A stretch of 64,000 bases of DNA from Callorhinchus milii (GCF_018977255.1 NW_024704742.1:75456001-75520000); one strand, 5' to 3'. Positions 12,331 through 25,700 are shown, counted from the first letter of the stretch. Numbers and translations: made by a program. The notes: a model not told the origin generated them from the letters alone.

Positions 12331-15014
12331 GTCAGGGGGATATTGCTCAAATTCTTTCATAGGATAATGGCATACAAGCATCCTCTTGAAATTATGAATG
12401 CTGGGTAAAAGGAAAGGATTATAAATTAAGTGTAAATGTGATACCACCTTTGGCAGGAAACCAGGATGTTTATAAGGAATATTCAATCAGAATGCCAAAT
12501 CTGGCATGGCTAATACCTGGACCTTACAAGTGGGATAAAGCCGTATGTGCTGCCTTCCAGGATGAAAACTTTACATGACAAACACTAAAAGGATGATGCA
12601 CCCCATTATGGAGGGTCATATTAAGATAAATAATAAACCTTGCATTTCAAATAGGTGTCCTATTTGGTGTCCCAGTAAAGCTCAATCAAAAGGATCATGT
12701 GGAATACTGCTATTTCGGCATGGTGAAGATTAATGAAGCTGGGTATTACCTACCACTTAAGCAGGTTTCAAGGACAGTTATCACGGCACAGAATATAGGT
12801 CAGTTATTCTGGATAAACACTCCTGTTTATATCTTCCATTTGATTTTGTAGATTTTTACATGTATTGCTATCTGTGAGGGAATGAGAAAGTTCACAACAT
12901 GTGATAGGAGTTTTAATTTTAAGTGTGCCCTCGGAAGCAGGAGCTGGACAATGACATGAAGAAGCTGCCTACTGGCAGCCAAGATGTCTTGAGCACCATT
13001 GTTTGAGAGATCAATATAGATTATCAGAATTAGCTTTGTCCCTTATTTTCTGAAGTACCCTTGGGATCAGAAGAAGCACATATCTCCAAATACGGAGTTA
13101 TGAAGGACTCAGAATGAATTCCACCCTGCTTGCTGTAATACCACAGAATTATTGTGTATGTCGAGAGATGTACTGACCTGTCTCAGAGATTAAATGTGGT
13201 TTGGACACAATTCTTGCACTTCAAGTTGATGCTGGGTTGATTCTTTCTCCGTTGATTTTGCTGGATCCCAATCTACTACACTGAATAGGAATGCATGAGT
13301 CACCTAAACTAGTTATGGAGGTGATGGGTTGTTACAAAACCTTCTGGAAAATATGATATTCCTGTGACCAACTATTTAGATCTAAAGTAGAAGCACCATC
13401 CAAAGTAGATACACAATTTGAGCACTCAATCTACCAGTTGTTTATTGGAATAATGGTTAACTCCAGGGAAACGTATGCCAGAACTATGTCAAAGATGGTG
13501 GCCATAGTCTTTGTAGAAACAGTATTAACTAATGGTATCTGCCTTCAAGCTACAAAGTATTTGCTGTGAACTACTCAACATTCCCACAGATCCACAGGAA
13601 ATGCAGGACATTGTTCCTGGTTAGAAAGAAATGAACTATTACGCCAACTTATTTTTATACTGTGCAGGCATGAGAGTAGGTGTGAGGGCAATGCTGAGTC
13701 ATTGCTAACCAGTCAAAAATAGATACCATCAATCAACTGGTTTCCCCAGAACATGGTTTTGGCTCAGGTCGAGCAGTGTGAGGCAAAATAAATTGCATCA
13801 AGATTAGATTACAATACATGTTCTTGTGGATACATTTATTTTTCATTATCGTTGATTATTTATGTTGATTCAGTGCAATCAATCACAAAGTTTTTTTTAA
13901 AATGTACAAAAAAAATTGAACCTTCTTGTTCAGCCACAAGACAGAACTGATGAGGTTCTTAACTCCAGGAAAATTACGTAGAAAACATGGCATGCCCATA
14001 AATAAATATGTTTGGTCCACTGCTGGGACACTTCTACTCATGATGTTTTTGTAGCAAAGGTTTTAAGTTCAAACTGCTTTTGAAGTCCCTTTGATTCTGT
14101 GATAACTGGAAAATAAATTATTTCTATACAAATATCTCCATGGGAAATTTCAATCCTTGGCCAATTTAAACTTCCATGAATTGTTCACCTGGATTCTGAG
14201 TTACCCGAGTCTAAATTGAATCCAGTTTTCCTATTAGTGCTCCCTAATCAGATAAAACATTAGTTTTGTATTGTAATAATCACAATAGCAAATCCCTCTG
14301 AAGTTTAAGGCATTGGGGAAACAACCTAAAATTTAACATTGAATACAACCTAGAGTTCTAGTTACTGCAAGCCTCAGAGGCGTGGCAGAAGAAAGCAATG
14401 AGGATGGTCCCCAGTGTTAGAGGAATGAGTTATGAACTGGCCCAATAGAAAAGTGTGGCCGCACTTTTTCCACGGAATCTGCTACAAATTACCTCCTCCA
14501 CTACAAGGGTGGGGAGTTTTAGGATCACGGAAGCAGCGTAAGCAGGAAATTGTCTTTTTCGGCCTAAATTGAGCTCCTGTGACAAATTCTTGGTAAGTGC
14601 TGTACTATTCAAATTAACATTTTAGTATTTAAACATAACTACATGTTTAGAGTGGTAAAGGGAAGGGCAATTTCAAGACAAAAATCAGGAAGTGCTTCTT
14701 TACATAGAAGGTAATCAATGACTGGAACAGGTTGCCAGGAAAGGTGACAGAGGCTAAGACTCATTTAAAAAACATCCTGATGCAGTGATGGGAACGGGTA
14801 TTCCAAAGGCCTTCTTCATCCAGATCAACCTTATGATGGGTTTCCCACAAAAAAAACATAGTCAATCCACTTTAGTGTATCCTGTGAAGCGCTTTTAGAC
14901 GTCTTGACAACATGATAAGACACTATATCAAGAATTATTATTATTATTATTATCAATAGTACTATTTTGTGAAAACAGTAAACCTGTGTATTGAATAGGG
15001 GATTCCTTGGTGGC

Positions 15015-15520
15015 TGCACTGTGCAAACTGGTGTGAACAGTCAGTGCAGATCCATGGTAAATACACTATGCAAACCAGTGACACGGGACAGTACAGATGC
15101 AAACTGGCATCAACAATAAAGAGTAGATACACCAGGAAAAGATATTGTAAACTGGTGTCCAAGGAACAGTGCAGATACACAGCGAACAGTACGGATACAC
15201 ACTGTCCAAACTAGCAGTTTATATATACACTGCACAAATTAGACCACTTCCAGAGTGCAGATACAAAGTGTGTAAACCGGTGTCACCAAGACAGACAATG
15301 AATAGCACACACATGGTGAACAGTACACAGACATACAGCACACTGGCAAACCAGGACGGCTTAATCGTGTACACACTGCACAAACCAAGACACCGGGTCA
15401 GTGCAGATACACCGGGAACACAGTGTTCACACCGGTGTCGGGGGGTGCAGTGCAGAGACACTGAACACAAAAGAGTGGATGGTAAAGAGACGCGGCACTT
15501 GACAGCGGATCACACTGGCA
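15015..15520. repeat. Degenerate minisatellite-like tract in HOOK intron 1
   Basis: Recurring caaactggtg / cagtgcagatacac / acactg units with no fixed period. Confidence 0.6.
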
Positions 15521-16009
15521 ACCGCGTCAGTCTCTCTCTCTCTCTCTCTCACTCACTCTAAATGTAGCTCAGGCACACAAATGGCTGCTGTGTAAACAGG
15601 GATTAATCACCCGGGCAGCCTACCCGACCCGACCCCGGCAGCGGCAGCGAGCTGGGGCATAGGTATTTACTGTCGGTTGAGGATAGGAGGTTGAGAAACG
15701 ATGAAGGATTCAGGCGGCTTATCTCTGGCCCTCGGCGGGTGTGGGTGTGGGTGGGGTTGGGGTGTGGTGGGAAGAACGGGTCCTGTCTGTGATCCTGAGC
15801 TCCGTCATTTACCCTCAACCCTGAAAATCCGCATCTCCGAAGCTCAGCAACCGCTGTGGGGTGAGGAGGGATACGGGATGAAGAGGGCGGCGGGGTTTAG
15901 TGACTGAAATCATCCGCTAATCAGAATAAAAACGCTCCGGTTGCCGAGCCGAGGGGCCCAGACACTCTTCACACAGCCCGAGGCGAGGGCCTGAAGGAGT
16001 CGCACTCAC

Positions 16010-16054
16010 CCAGGTCAGCAGACTCTCGCACAGCTCGATGCGGTCCACGTTCAT
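16010..16054 (-). CDS. HOOK3: Hook microtubule-tethering protein, coding exon 1 (MNVDRIELCESLLTW)
   Basis: ATG at 16054; 15 codons end at TGG|gtgagt donor. ELCESLLTW matches the HOOK3 N-terminus and the gene is head-to-head with RNF170 as in human. Exon length resembles HOOK2 (MSVDKAELCGSLLTW), so the paralogue is not certain. Confidence 0.85.
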
Positions 16055-16489
16055 CTCTCCCGAGGCACACGTAGAGGCCGAGTGGTGTGGGGGTGGGGGG
16101 GGGATGTCCTGCCCGCTCGCGCCCACCGCCGCTCCTCCACAACAAAGCCGCAACGGCCACCAACTGCCAACCAACCGTTCCCGGTTCCAACAGCGGCACG
16201 TCAGCGCTCGAGAACCCGCTGGCTGGCTGCCCGCCGGCTGCCGCGCCTGCGCCGCAGCTCCTTCGCACAGGCGCACACTGACCGCCGCGCGCTCGACTGA
16301 CAGTCAGGAGAGACGAGAGAGAGAGAGGGAGGGAGGGAGGAGGAGGAGGAGGGTCGGCGTCAGCTCTCCCCGCAGCCAGAGCCACATCAACCCGATTTGA
16401 GAGCGGGGAGGTTGGGGATGGGCCACTGTGGGCTGCTGTCACCCCTGGTACCTTAAAGGCGAGCGGCAACACTGGTGCGAGGAAGTGAC

Positions 16490-16565
16490 GCCCTCTCCTC
16501 TCACTCAGCATTTGCTGCGAACGGCACTGGGGCGACGAGGAAGTTGTTTCGTCTTAAAGGGACAG
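16490..16565 (+). other. RNF170: Candidate non-coding first exon of RNF170 (start approximate)
   Basis: CAG|GTAATA donor at 16565/16566 at the island edge. The first coding exon starts at an acceptor 15 nt before the ATG, so an upstream exon is required. Confidence 0.5.
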
Positions 16566-18326
16566 GTAATACAGTGGTTGCATTTTATCCCCAGTCGCCT
16601 CCTGTGTGCTCCCTCCCTCTCTCCCCCTCCCTCTCTCCCCCTCTCTCCCTCTCCCTCCTGCACCTTAGTTCAGTTGCCTCGTTGCACGGAGTTATGAAGT
16701 GACTTTTCGCACGATTGGGTTTTTTTTTGTGAAACGTGCGAAATTGTGAGTTTTTTTTTTGTTTTTGCAGCTTTGGAAGGTCCTGAGAGGCTTTGCACCA
16801 CCAAACAATTCAAAACATTCCCCTCTGTATTTCTCCTCTCCCCAACCTCCCTCCTCCGAAATAGATGTATGCAGTACAAAGCTGGAGCTAACACAGCTGT
16901 TCTAAAACGTGTGCAAGTATCACACACACAAAAAAAAACTGCCCACAGTAACGAGCAGAAACTTAAATGTTGGAAGAAAAACAAGTCACAGGCCCTGCGT
17001 GTGTTATTTCTTTGTTTGTTCTTAAAACCGGTCAATGGTGGATCCAAACATAGACGGATCCCCTCCATGTTGGAGACCAGGCAGTGTTTGTAGACTTTTT
17101 TTTTAATATGAGTTTTTTTTTTAAGCAGATAGAGAAGGCACCAGAAGAAGAGGTTTGGGGAGAGAGTTCCAGTTGAAAGTTCAGATACCGATGGAGGGAG
17201 TGAGGAGAAAGCAGTAGACCATATTAGGAGAAGCAGAGGTTACAGGCAGGGGAATAGAGTTGGACAAGGTTGCAAGTGTTCAGGTTGATCAACATCATGA
17301 AGGGATAAGAAGGTCCCCTGTTGACTTGTTGGGGAACTGGAAGCCTTGGATGCTTCAGTGCCTTGGGATGTCCTCCTGACATGAAAGGCGCTATACAAAT
17401 GTAATTTGTTGCTCAGTTGTTGTTGTTTGGGTGGCTAAAGTTAATGAGCATAGGGTGCCAGCTATACGAGAAGATGTCATGTGCAGATTTCTACAAGAGC
17501 CAGAGTTTAGAACGGTACAGGTGGAGAGATTGGTAGTAGAGCAAAGGAGAGATCTCACCTCAAAATGATAAAAGCATAAATGAGAATTTCAGCTGTGTTG
17601 CGATAAGATAGGGACATGAATGGGCAGTTTTGTAGCAGAGATGAGGGTCGTGTCAACTTCATGGCTGATGTCAGCAAAAAGCATATACGATTTAAAAAAT
17701 AGAGGACCAAGGATAAAGGCTGGCATGTAATACAGGAGACCATTCAGAAATAAGCAGAAGCCTCAATATAGTTTTGAGTGGTGCCAAGAAAGTAGCATAA
17801 TAATAATACTCTTTGCATTTGATATAGGGCCTTATCACTTCTAGACGTTTCAAAACGCTTCACAGAATCTACTGTAAAGTGAATTGATTGTATATGTGTG
17901 AGCGAAACGGGGCAGCCAATTGCGCACAGAGGTGTCCCACAAATAGTCGTGGATTGAAGTGACCAATTTATAATAGTTTTTTTCTTGAGGGATTATTATC
18001 AGGTGTGGAGTAAGGAAACTTGCCCAAGGTTTCACCTGCATACATTAGATTTAAGAGTGGGTGAAGGAGAATAGAATGATCAGCAGAGAGGAAAGGAGGA
18101 CCGTAGAGCCCTTCCTGTGCAGATATTAGGATGTGATTTGTGCCTTTGACTAGGATGGCAAAGATTCAAGTTGGATTGGAGGATTCAACAGGTTCAAGTT
18201 GGATTGGAGGATCTCAAACAGGAAAAGGTGAGAATGTAGTTGGGAAGCAATAGCCCATTACATTACTTTGGAAAGATTGTTTCAGAAGCTAAAGGTGTCA
18301 AGAGTGTCAGCCTAGTGCAGTTGGTA

Positions 18327-18882
18327 ATAATAACTAGTAATAATAATCCTTGCATTTGATACAGCGCTTTTCACACTTTCTTGACATCTCAAAGCACTTC
18401 ACAGAATATACTGTAAAGTGAATTGCCTGTATATTTGTGGTTGAAAAGTGGCAGCCAGTTGCACACAGCAGTGTCCCACAAACAGTCATGGATCAAGTGA
18501 CCAATTTTTTTTGAGGGATTGTTATCAGGTGTGTGGAGTAAGAAAGCTATGGTAAAGTACTATGGTAAGGAGTCCTGTAGCTCAGTGGTTAGAGCACTCG
18601 CCTTGCAAGCGAGAGACCTGGGTCCAATTGCCGGCAGGCGAAACCTTGGGCAAGTTTCCTTACTCCACACACCTGATAATAATCCCTCAGGAAAAAAAAC
18701 TATAATAACTTGGTCACTTCAATCCACGACTGTTTGTGAGACACCTCCGTGCGCAATTGGCTGCTGCATTTTGCCCACAAATGTACAGTCAATTCACTTT
18801 ACAGTATATTCTGTGAAGCGCTTTGAGACGTCTAGAAGATGTGAAAAAGCACTATATCAAATGCAAGGATTATTATTATTAC
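18327..18882. mobile_element. Head-to-head SINE pair (minus 18327-18545; full-length plus 18568-18882)
   Basis: Same family in opposite orientations; ctatggtaa duplicated at the junction. Confidence 0.8.
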
Positions 18883-19146
18883 TATGCAAAAAGAAAGAAA
18901 GTTTTTCTGGTGTACTGGCCATCAATTCCCCAACAAAAATTAGTCATTCATTCCATGGCTGTTTGAAGGACATTACTGGCTGTTGTGTTCACCCACAAAA
19001 TACACAGTCATACTACTTTATTTACAGTATACCCTGTGAAGTCCTTTGAGCGCCTCAGCAACGTGATAAGGTTCCATATCAAATGCAAGGTTTATTACAA
19101 CAATAACAACAACTTGCATTTATGCAGAGCGCCTCATGCAGGGTAG

Positions 19147-20258
19147 CCCTGCTTGTCGGCCTTCCTAACTTCTCCCTCTACAGGCTGCAGATAATCCTGA
19201 ACTCTGCAGCCCGTGTCCTCTCCCGCACCAAACTCCATGACCCCATCTCCCCCATTCTCGTCCGACTCCATGGGCTCCCTATCCTTCAGAGGATCCAGTT
19301 CAAGATCCTGATCCTCACCTACAAAGCCCTCCATGGCCTCGCCCCATCCTACCTCTGCGACCTCTTAACCACCTACCAACCCGTCCATTCCCTCCGCTCA
19401 GCCGGCTCCGGCCTGCTCCATGTCCCCTGACCCACCCGCCCCACCATTGGCGGGAGAGCCTTCAGCCACTCTGCCCCCAACCTCTGGAATTCCATCCCCT
19501 TCCTTAGCATCCTTCAAGTTAACAACAACTTGGATTTATATAGGACCCTCCATGCCGGACGGTGTCTCAGAGCGCTTCACAGTAACGGCTCCCGGGGCCG
19601 AGCCAGGGGGATGGGGAGGAAGGTGACCAAAGGCGTGGTTGAAAAGAAAGGTCTTCAGCAGAGACCTGAAAACAGAAAAGGAGGGAGCGAGATGAAGTGA
19701 GTGAGGAAGGCAGTTCCAGAGCCTCGGGGCATAGTGGCTGAAGGCGCGGCCGCCGAGGGTGGAGCGGAGGACTCGGGGGACAAGGAGGAGGCCAGACCCA
19801 GAAGAACGGAGGCAACGGGTACTGTTTTGAGGAGGTCAGAGAAGTAGGGGAGTGGAGGGATTTGAAGACAAGGGTGAGGATCTTGAAGTCGATCCTCTCT
19901 GGGACAGGCAGCCAGTGCAGTCTGGCAAGGACTGGGCTGATCGGGGTGCGGAGTTTGGTGCGGGTAAGAATGCGGGCGGCAGAGTTTTGTGTGACTTGGA
20001 TTTTATGGATGGCAGTGGAGGGGAGACCAGCGAGGAGGGCATTCGACTAGTCCAGCCGAGAGGTGACAAAGGCATGGACCAGGGTTTCAGCGGCTTTTGG
20101 AGTGCCGCCTCAAGACCCTCCTCTTCGACCATGTCATCGGCCACCCCCTTCCCCTGCCCTCCCTTCTCCCCCGCTGACCCTAGCTCGGGTCTGAAATGCT
20201 GTACACTGTCCAGCGCCTTGGGACGTCCTCCCGACGTGAAAAGCGCTATACAAATGTA
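19147..20258. mobile_element. Plus-strand L2 fragment interrupted by a minus-strand L2 of another subfamily (about 19520-20100)
   Basis: Host reads tccttcaag|...|tgccgcctcaagaccctcc, collinear with the intact copy at 4970-5010; insert has its own (GTT)n tail at 19520. Confidence 0.75.
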
Positions 20259-21186
20259 TGCACCTCCGATAGTGAAAAGGAGGACACCAGCGATAAGCAG
20301 GAGGCCAGAGCGTGTCGAGCGTAGGTGACCAGTAGTGGATTGGAGAGCAAGCAGGTCAGAGAGCTAGGGAGGTGCCGGGTATGAAAAGATTTGAAGACCA
20401 GTATGAAAATCTTGAAATTGATCCATTCGGTGATAACTAGCCAGTGAAGCCTAACAAGAACTAATGTGATGAGCACCCATTATTAATTTTTATTAAGGGT
20501 TTTTTTTTCTCTGAGCAAGGGACACAGTTCCAGAAGATATGGAAGATTAGTGGTGTTGGCTAGCATGAGGTGAACAGGAATAGTTGAGTAGTCAGGAACT
20601 GTGTTGTTAAGAAGGGTGCAGGAGGAGTGAGGATTTCAAGTGGGAGATGAGTCATGAAATGAGGGAGAGTTGTGTTCAAGACTTTCAGGGGATGGTGTGA
20701 AGACATGCAGGACGCAGGAGGGTAAGAGCAGGGGAAGAAAGGAAAATATAAGTGGCAAAGGAAACCAAATGTATAGTGTTGAGTTTGGATGCAAGGAAGT
20801 CGATGACCTCGAAGTTAGAGCCTGATGTAAAAGTTTGTAATCCTTGCACCTGATGTAGTACCCTTTATGTCGGGAGGACAACCCAAAGCGCCTCACAGGA
20901 AATACTGTTAAGTGGAGTATCTGTGTTTTGTGGATGAACAGCGGAAAAGGCATGGAAGGGAGGAGAGGGTTTGTGGTGAAGAAAAATGTAGGGCTTCCCT
21001 CCACAGAAGCCCCTCTGTCTTGCCCTTGCCACCTTCAAGGCCATCACACGAACTTCCTTTTCGACTGTGCTTTCGGTCATCTCTCTTCCACCCCACTTGC
21101 CCTCCAACCCTCTCTGATTTCCAAATCGGGTGCAAACGTCTTATTGTCCAGCACCTTAGGATGTCCTCCTGACATGAATGCACTAG

Positions 21187-21525
21187 TGGAGTCCTGTAGC
21201 TCAGTGGGTGGAGTCCTGTAGCTCAGTGGTTAGAGCACTCACTTTGCAAGCGAGAGACCTGAGTTCAATTCCAGGCAGAGGGCGAAACCTTGGGCAAGTT
21301 TCCTTACTCCACACAGAGCCTAATAATAATCCCTCCAAAAGCAATAATAAAAATTGGTCATTTTCAATCTACGTCTGTTTGTGGGACATTGCTGTGCGCA
21401 ATTGGCTGCCGCGTTCGCCCACAAATATACAGTCAATTCACTTTACAGTGTGTTCTGTGAAGCGCTTTGGGACGTCCTCCCGACGTGAAAAGCGCTATAT
21501 CAAATGCAAGGATTATCATTATTAT
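21187..21525 (+). mobile_element. Full-length young SINE with tandemly duplicated 5' head, inserted in an L2 tail
   Basis: gtggagtcctgtagctcagtgg occurs twice; host tail gcact|...|atataaatgcaagttgttg is split. Confidence 0.85.
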
Positions 21526-21959
21526 ATAAATGCAAGTTGTTGTGGTTGTTGGAGTAGAAAGGGGCTTCAAAAGAACAGGTTGGCCACATTGGGACCCAGG
21601 GGTCATAGTGAAAACTGTCATTATAATTACAATCATAATCCTTGCATTTGGTATAGTGCTTTTCACATCAGGAGGATGTCTCAAAGGGTTTCACAGGATA
21701 TACGGTACATATCTGTTTTGTGGGCAAACGAGGACACTTTTGTGGGTGAGTTGCGCACAGCAACGTCTCACGAATAGCCATGGAGTAAATAATAATAATC
21801 ATTGCATTTGATATAGTGCTTTATCACATTTTCAAGACGTCTCAAAGCGCTTTACAGAATATACTGTAAAGTGAATTGACTGTATATTTTGTGGGTAAAA
21901 CATGACCAATTTATATTTTTTGCACAATAATGAGGAACTGCTGCATTTTTAGAGGTGGC

Positions 21960-22790
21960 ATAAGAAGATAAGAATTAGGAGCAGGAGTAGGCCATTCGGC
22001 CCCTCGAGTGTGCCCCGCCATTCAATAAGATCATGGCTGATCTTCAGACCTAACTCTAATTACCTGCCCTATCCCCATATCCCCTAATCCCTCTATTTTT
22101 TAAAAATCTATCAGTCTCAGCCTTGAAGATGTTCAAGGACTGAGCATCTACAGCCTTCTGTGGGAGTGAATTCCATAAATTCACTACCCTCTGAGTGAAG
22201 AAATGTTTCCTCAACTCTGTTCTAAAAGGCTGACCCTTAATTTTAAGACTGTGACCCCTGGTTATAGATTCTCCTACCAGGGGAAACAGACCCTCAGTGT
22301 CTACTTTATCAGCCCTTTAAGAATCTTATATGTTTCAATAAGATCTCCCCTAATTCTTCTGTACTCTAGAGAATATAGCCCTAGTTTATTCAGCCTATCT
22401 TCATAGGTCAGTCCCCTCATTCCAGGAACTAACCGAGTGAATCTACGCTGCACCCCCTCCAGGGCAAGTATGTCCTTTCTTAAATAGGGAGACCAAAACT
22501 GCACACAATACTCTAGGTGCGGACTCACCAAGGCCCTATACAGTTGCAGCAAGACTTCCCTACTCTTGTACTCTAAACCTTTTGCAATGAACGCTAACAT
22601 GCCGTTCGCCTTCTTAGTTGCTTGCTGCACCTGCAAACTAACGTTTTGAGACTGGTGTACAAGGACACCCAAATCCCTCTGAACACTAACACTATCTAAT
22701 CTCTCCCCCTCTAGAAAATAATCTGTTTTTCTATTTTTTCTACCTATGTGAATAACTTTACACTTCCCCACATTAAATTCTATCTGCCTA
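21960..22790 (-). mobile_element. 5'-truncated CR1 LINE
   Basis: ORF 22301-22861 has FNVGKCKVIHIG...RDLGVLV...[12 protein letters not shown]...LEGVQRRFTRL...RGDLIETYKI; CR1-type 3' UTR and tail. Confidence 0.92.
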
Positions 22791-25700
22791 TTCAGGAAGA
22801 CTTTTAATATGTTTTGATACTGTCCAAAAAGTAAGGGAAGTTTCATTACATGCTTGAGCAAAAGTCGTCATTCATCTGATACTGGGACTTTGCTGGCTGC
22901 ATTTTGACTTTCATCACACATTTTGTTGTGATAATGCACTGTTAATGTAATTTTTTTTGTGGATCGAAATAATTATTTTATCTCTCTCACACTGATGTAT
23001 TCTCACGCAAAACTAGACATTTTGAATCTAGGTTAATTTATTGCAGGTGTTGATTAAATGTAGTTTAAAATTAGAGGTGCTGTGAAAATTGGCCTGAACA
23101 ATACTCTTAACTTGTGTTGGGATATTGACATCCAACAATCTCCAGAGGGGATTAATTAGAAAGTCACAAAGCTACAGATTGTGCAAGAAACTTTTTTTTA
23201 AAGTGCTGAATTCACCAAGGAATTGGCAATCATTTTGACACATATGGGACCCTACAAAAACAATTTTGAGGATTTACATTTAAACATGAAAAAGAGTGTA
23301 TAAAACACTAGCTGCCAACCTGGCTCAGTTGATAGCATTCTTGCCTTCAGTCAGAAGGTTGATGATTCATACTTTGAGCACATAATCTAGGCTTAGTACT
23401 ATGTGAGTATTAAAGGGGTTGCATTGTTGCCTTGCCCTCTCCCTCCCTGCTTTCAAATCCCGTCTAAAGACCTTCCTTTTTGATCTTGCTTATGGTCACT
23501 TCCCCCTACCTTTCCCCTCCGGCTCAGGGTCAGACTCCGCCAATGTGAAGCACTCCGGGTCACTACCCCGTGTGAAGGGCGTTATATGTGTTGTGTTGCA
23601 AGATGTGTTGTTGATGTTTTTTGGATGAGACGTAAAACCAAGAGTTTCTCCTCAGTCCTGGAAAATAATCCTCCAGGCAAAATTGGTGATTCACTTCACG
23701 GTCAGTTGTGGGACACTGTTGTGTGCCTGGTTTGCCTACAAAATACACAGTCACTTCACTTTACAGTAAAATCCTGTGACACATTTTTACATCCTCCCTA
23801 CATGAATTGTGCTATATTAAATACAGGAATTATTTGTTATTTGGGAAATAGAGGCTGAGGTAAGTGCAGGCATTGCAAGTAATTAGAATGCACATTTCTA
23901 AGAATGATTTGGTTACTACGATCATTGAAAAATTGTTGTTTTCGTTTGATCAGTACCTGTTCTTCTGCCTCCAGCCCCAAGGTAAATCTGATCCGTCAAG
24001 ACCTGGCTTATTTCTAAATACAATAGGAAGTTATAATGAGAAAATTAATGCACTAGAGAGTTCAATTTTTAAGTCTGAAATTTGCCTTTTCTCATCCCAA
24101 CTTTATTACCCTGGACCCCTTCCTGAAGAAGTACTTGAAGTAAATATCATCTGGGGCACCTACTGTGTCCTGTTTCAACCCTTCCATGCACGATTCCACC
24201 CTAGCTTGATTGTTTAAAATCCACAGTTTGTTTAAAATATCAGTGTATGAAGTACCATATAAACACAATCTAAACTGACTGTACCTTGTTGAATCGTCTT
24301 GGGATGTCCTTTTAACATGAAAGGTGTTACATAAATGTAAATTTGTATTGTATGGAGGCAGACCATACAAATGCAATAATGGTCGTTCAACATTTTTGTT
24401 TACCAAAATTACAATGCCTTGCAATGTCACCATGGTGTGCAACATAACCCTTCTGCCATGTGGTTGGATGGGATTGGGAAATATATGTCATGTCTGGGAA
24501 TTGATCGATCCCGAGGGATGTTCCTTCTGGAGTTGATGTTAAGCTGAGCTCTGTTCTTTTGACAATTGAAACAGATTAAATTAATTGAATGAAGATGGTA
24601 CCTGTGTTGCTGTTAGGCGAAGTGAAATCTATAAAAAATAATTCTACAAGAACAAATTATGTTGTGTTTCATGTCTTGATGGTAATTTGACAATTTGTTC
24701 TTTGGTAGAATTTACCATATTTTAGTCCCATGTTAGTTGGTGAGTATAATTGTTTCTTGATTGTCAAAGTTTTTCTGGGACTGAATGAGTTGTTTTTCTC
24801 ACATTGAACTTTAATTTCAGATGTATGCACCTAATTGGGAGGGAGGAGCCTTTGAGCTCTAATTTGGTGTTTGAGCTTTGATGTTGAATTAATTTCTATT
24901 CTTACTGAAATCTGCTGGGTTTATTTGCAGAGGTTGAGCAGCATTTGTAGCGGAGGAGTTACAAGTGTTTTGTTCATTAGGATTCTGTGGCAATTTTTAA
25001 ATTAAATCTCAATTTTGAATCTGACTTTCTGTACGGTCTTCTAAAAGTTACACAAAATCCACTTCAAAATTAAGATCGACTCATAGTGATGTTTCTGGCT
25101 TTCTTGCAGCAAGCTTTGATGCAGCAAGACAGTCTTTTTGAACCTATTTCCTCTCACTTGACCATACACCATTTTAATTTCTGGATGTTAGTTCCTTGGT
25201 AGAGATTTCCCACTATCCTTTAAAGAATGATTGTAAAAACATATACAGCAGTTGGAAGTAGTTTAATTGTGGCGTTGCCTACATCCCAGTGGGCATAACC
25301 CAACACTGACATGGAACACACGATAGCTGCACACTGTATGGGATGATGATACTTTTCTAAAAGAGTTTACCAAAAAAAAGGCTTATAGGGTGAACCAGTT
25401 CCCTGCTGTTACCTTCAACCATTTTTGGCCCTGCATAGAGATTGTATTCACCTGGCCCCACCATTCCAGTTCTGATGAAGTATCATACCCAACATGTTTA
25501 TTTGTGATTTTCTTGGCATTCATTAGTGTAAAGGGAAGCATAGACAATTTTCAGAAGATTATTAGAGTCAAGGTTCTTTGAATTCTGTCAATTCTTTTTC
25601 TGATGCTAATTTATGTGCTGTGTTTCCAACATTTTCTATTTTTATTTCAAATTTCCAACAGTTTTTTATTACCTTTTTCCATTTTATTTAAATCTCTGGT

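Larger units (their letters stand above)
15600..16570. promoter_or_regulatory. CpG island / bidirectional promoter shared by HOOK3 (-) and RNF170 (+)
   Basis: GC- and CpG-rich block in an AT-rich background; contains HOOK exon 1; ETS cores GGAAGT at 16481 (GGAAGTGACG) and 16539. Confidence 0.75.

Noticed and set aside
15015..15561. CRISPR-like array or coding repeat (130-aa ORF)
   Set aside because: Eukaryotic intron; units are degenerate with no constant repeat-spacer period.
15917..16702. Multiple overlapping long ORFs in the CpG island
   Set aside because: Expected from stop-codon scarcity in GC-rich DNA; only the 45-bp HOOK exon has homology and a splice donor.
18568..18645. tRNA-Ala/Thr-like genes at SINE heads
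   Set aside because: Always continue into the SINE body and vary between copies; SINE heads, not tRNA genes.
19100..20258. Twin-priming 5' inversion of an L2
   Set aside because: The plus-strand copy resumes collinearly near 20101 and has its own tail; nested insertion explains the pattern.
21208..21777. Recurring ORFs ending ...[40 protein letters not shown] (also 640, 7592, 18519, 62594)
   Set aside because: They are translations of the SINE; frames break between copies, most lack an ATG, and there is no protein-family signal.
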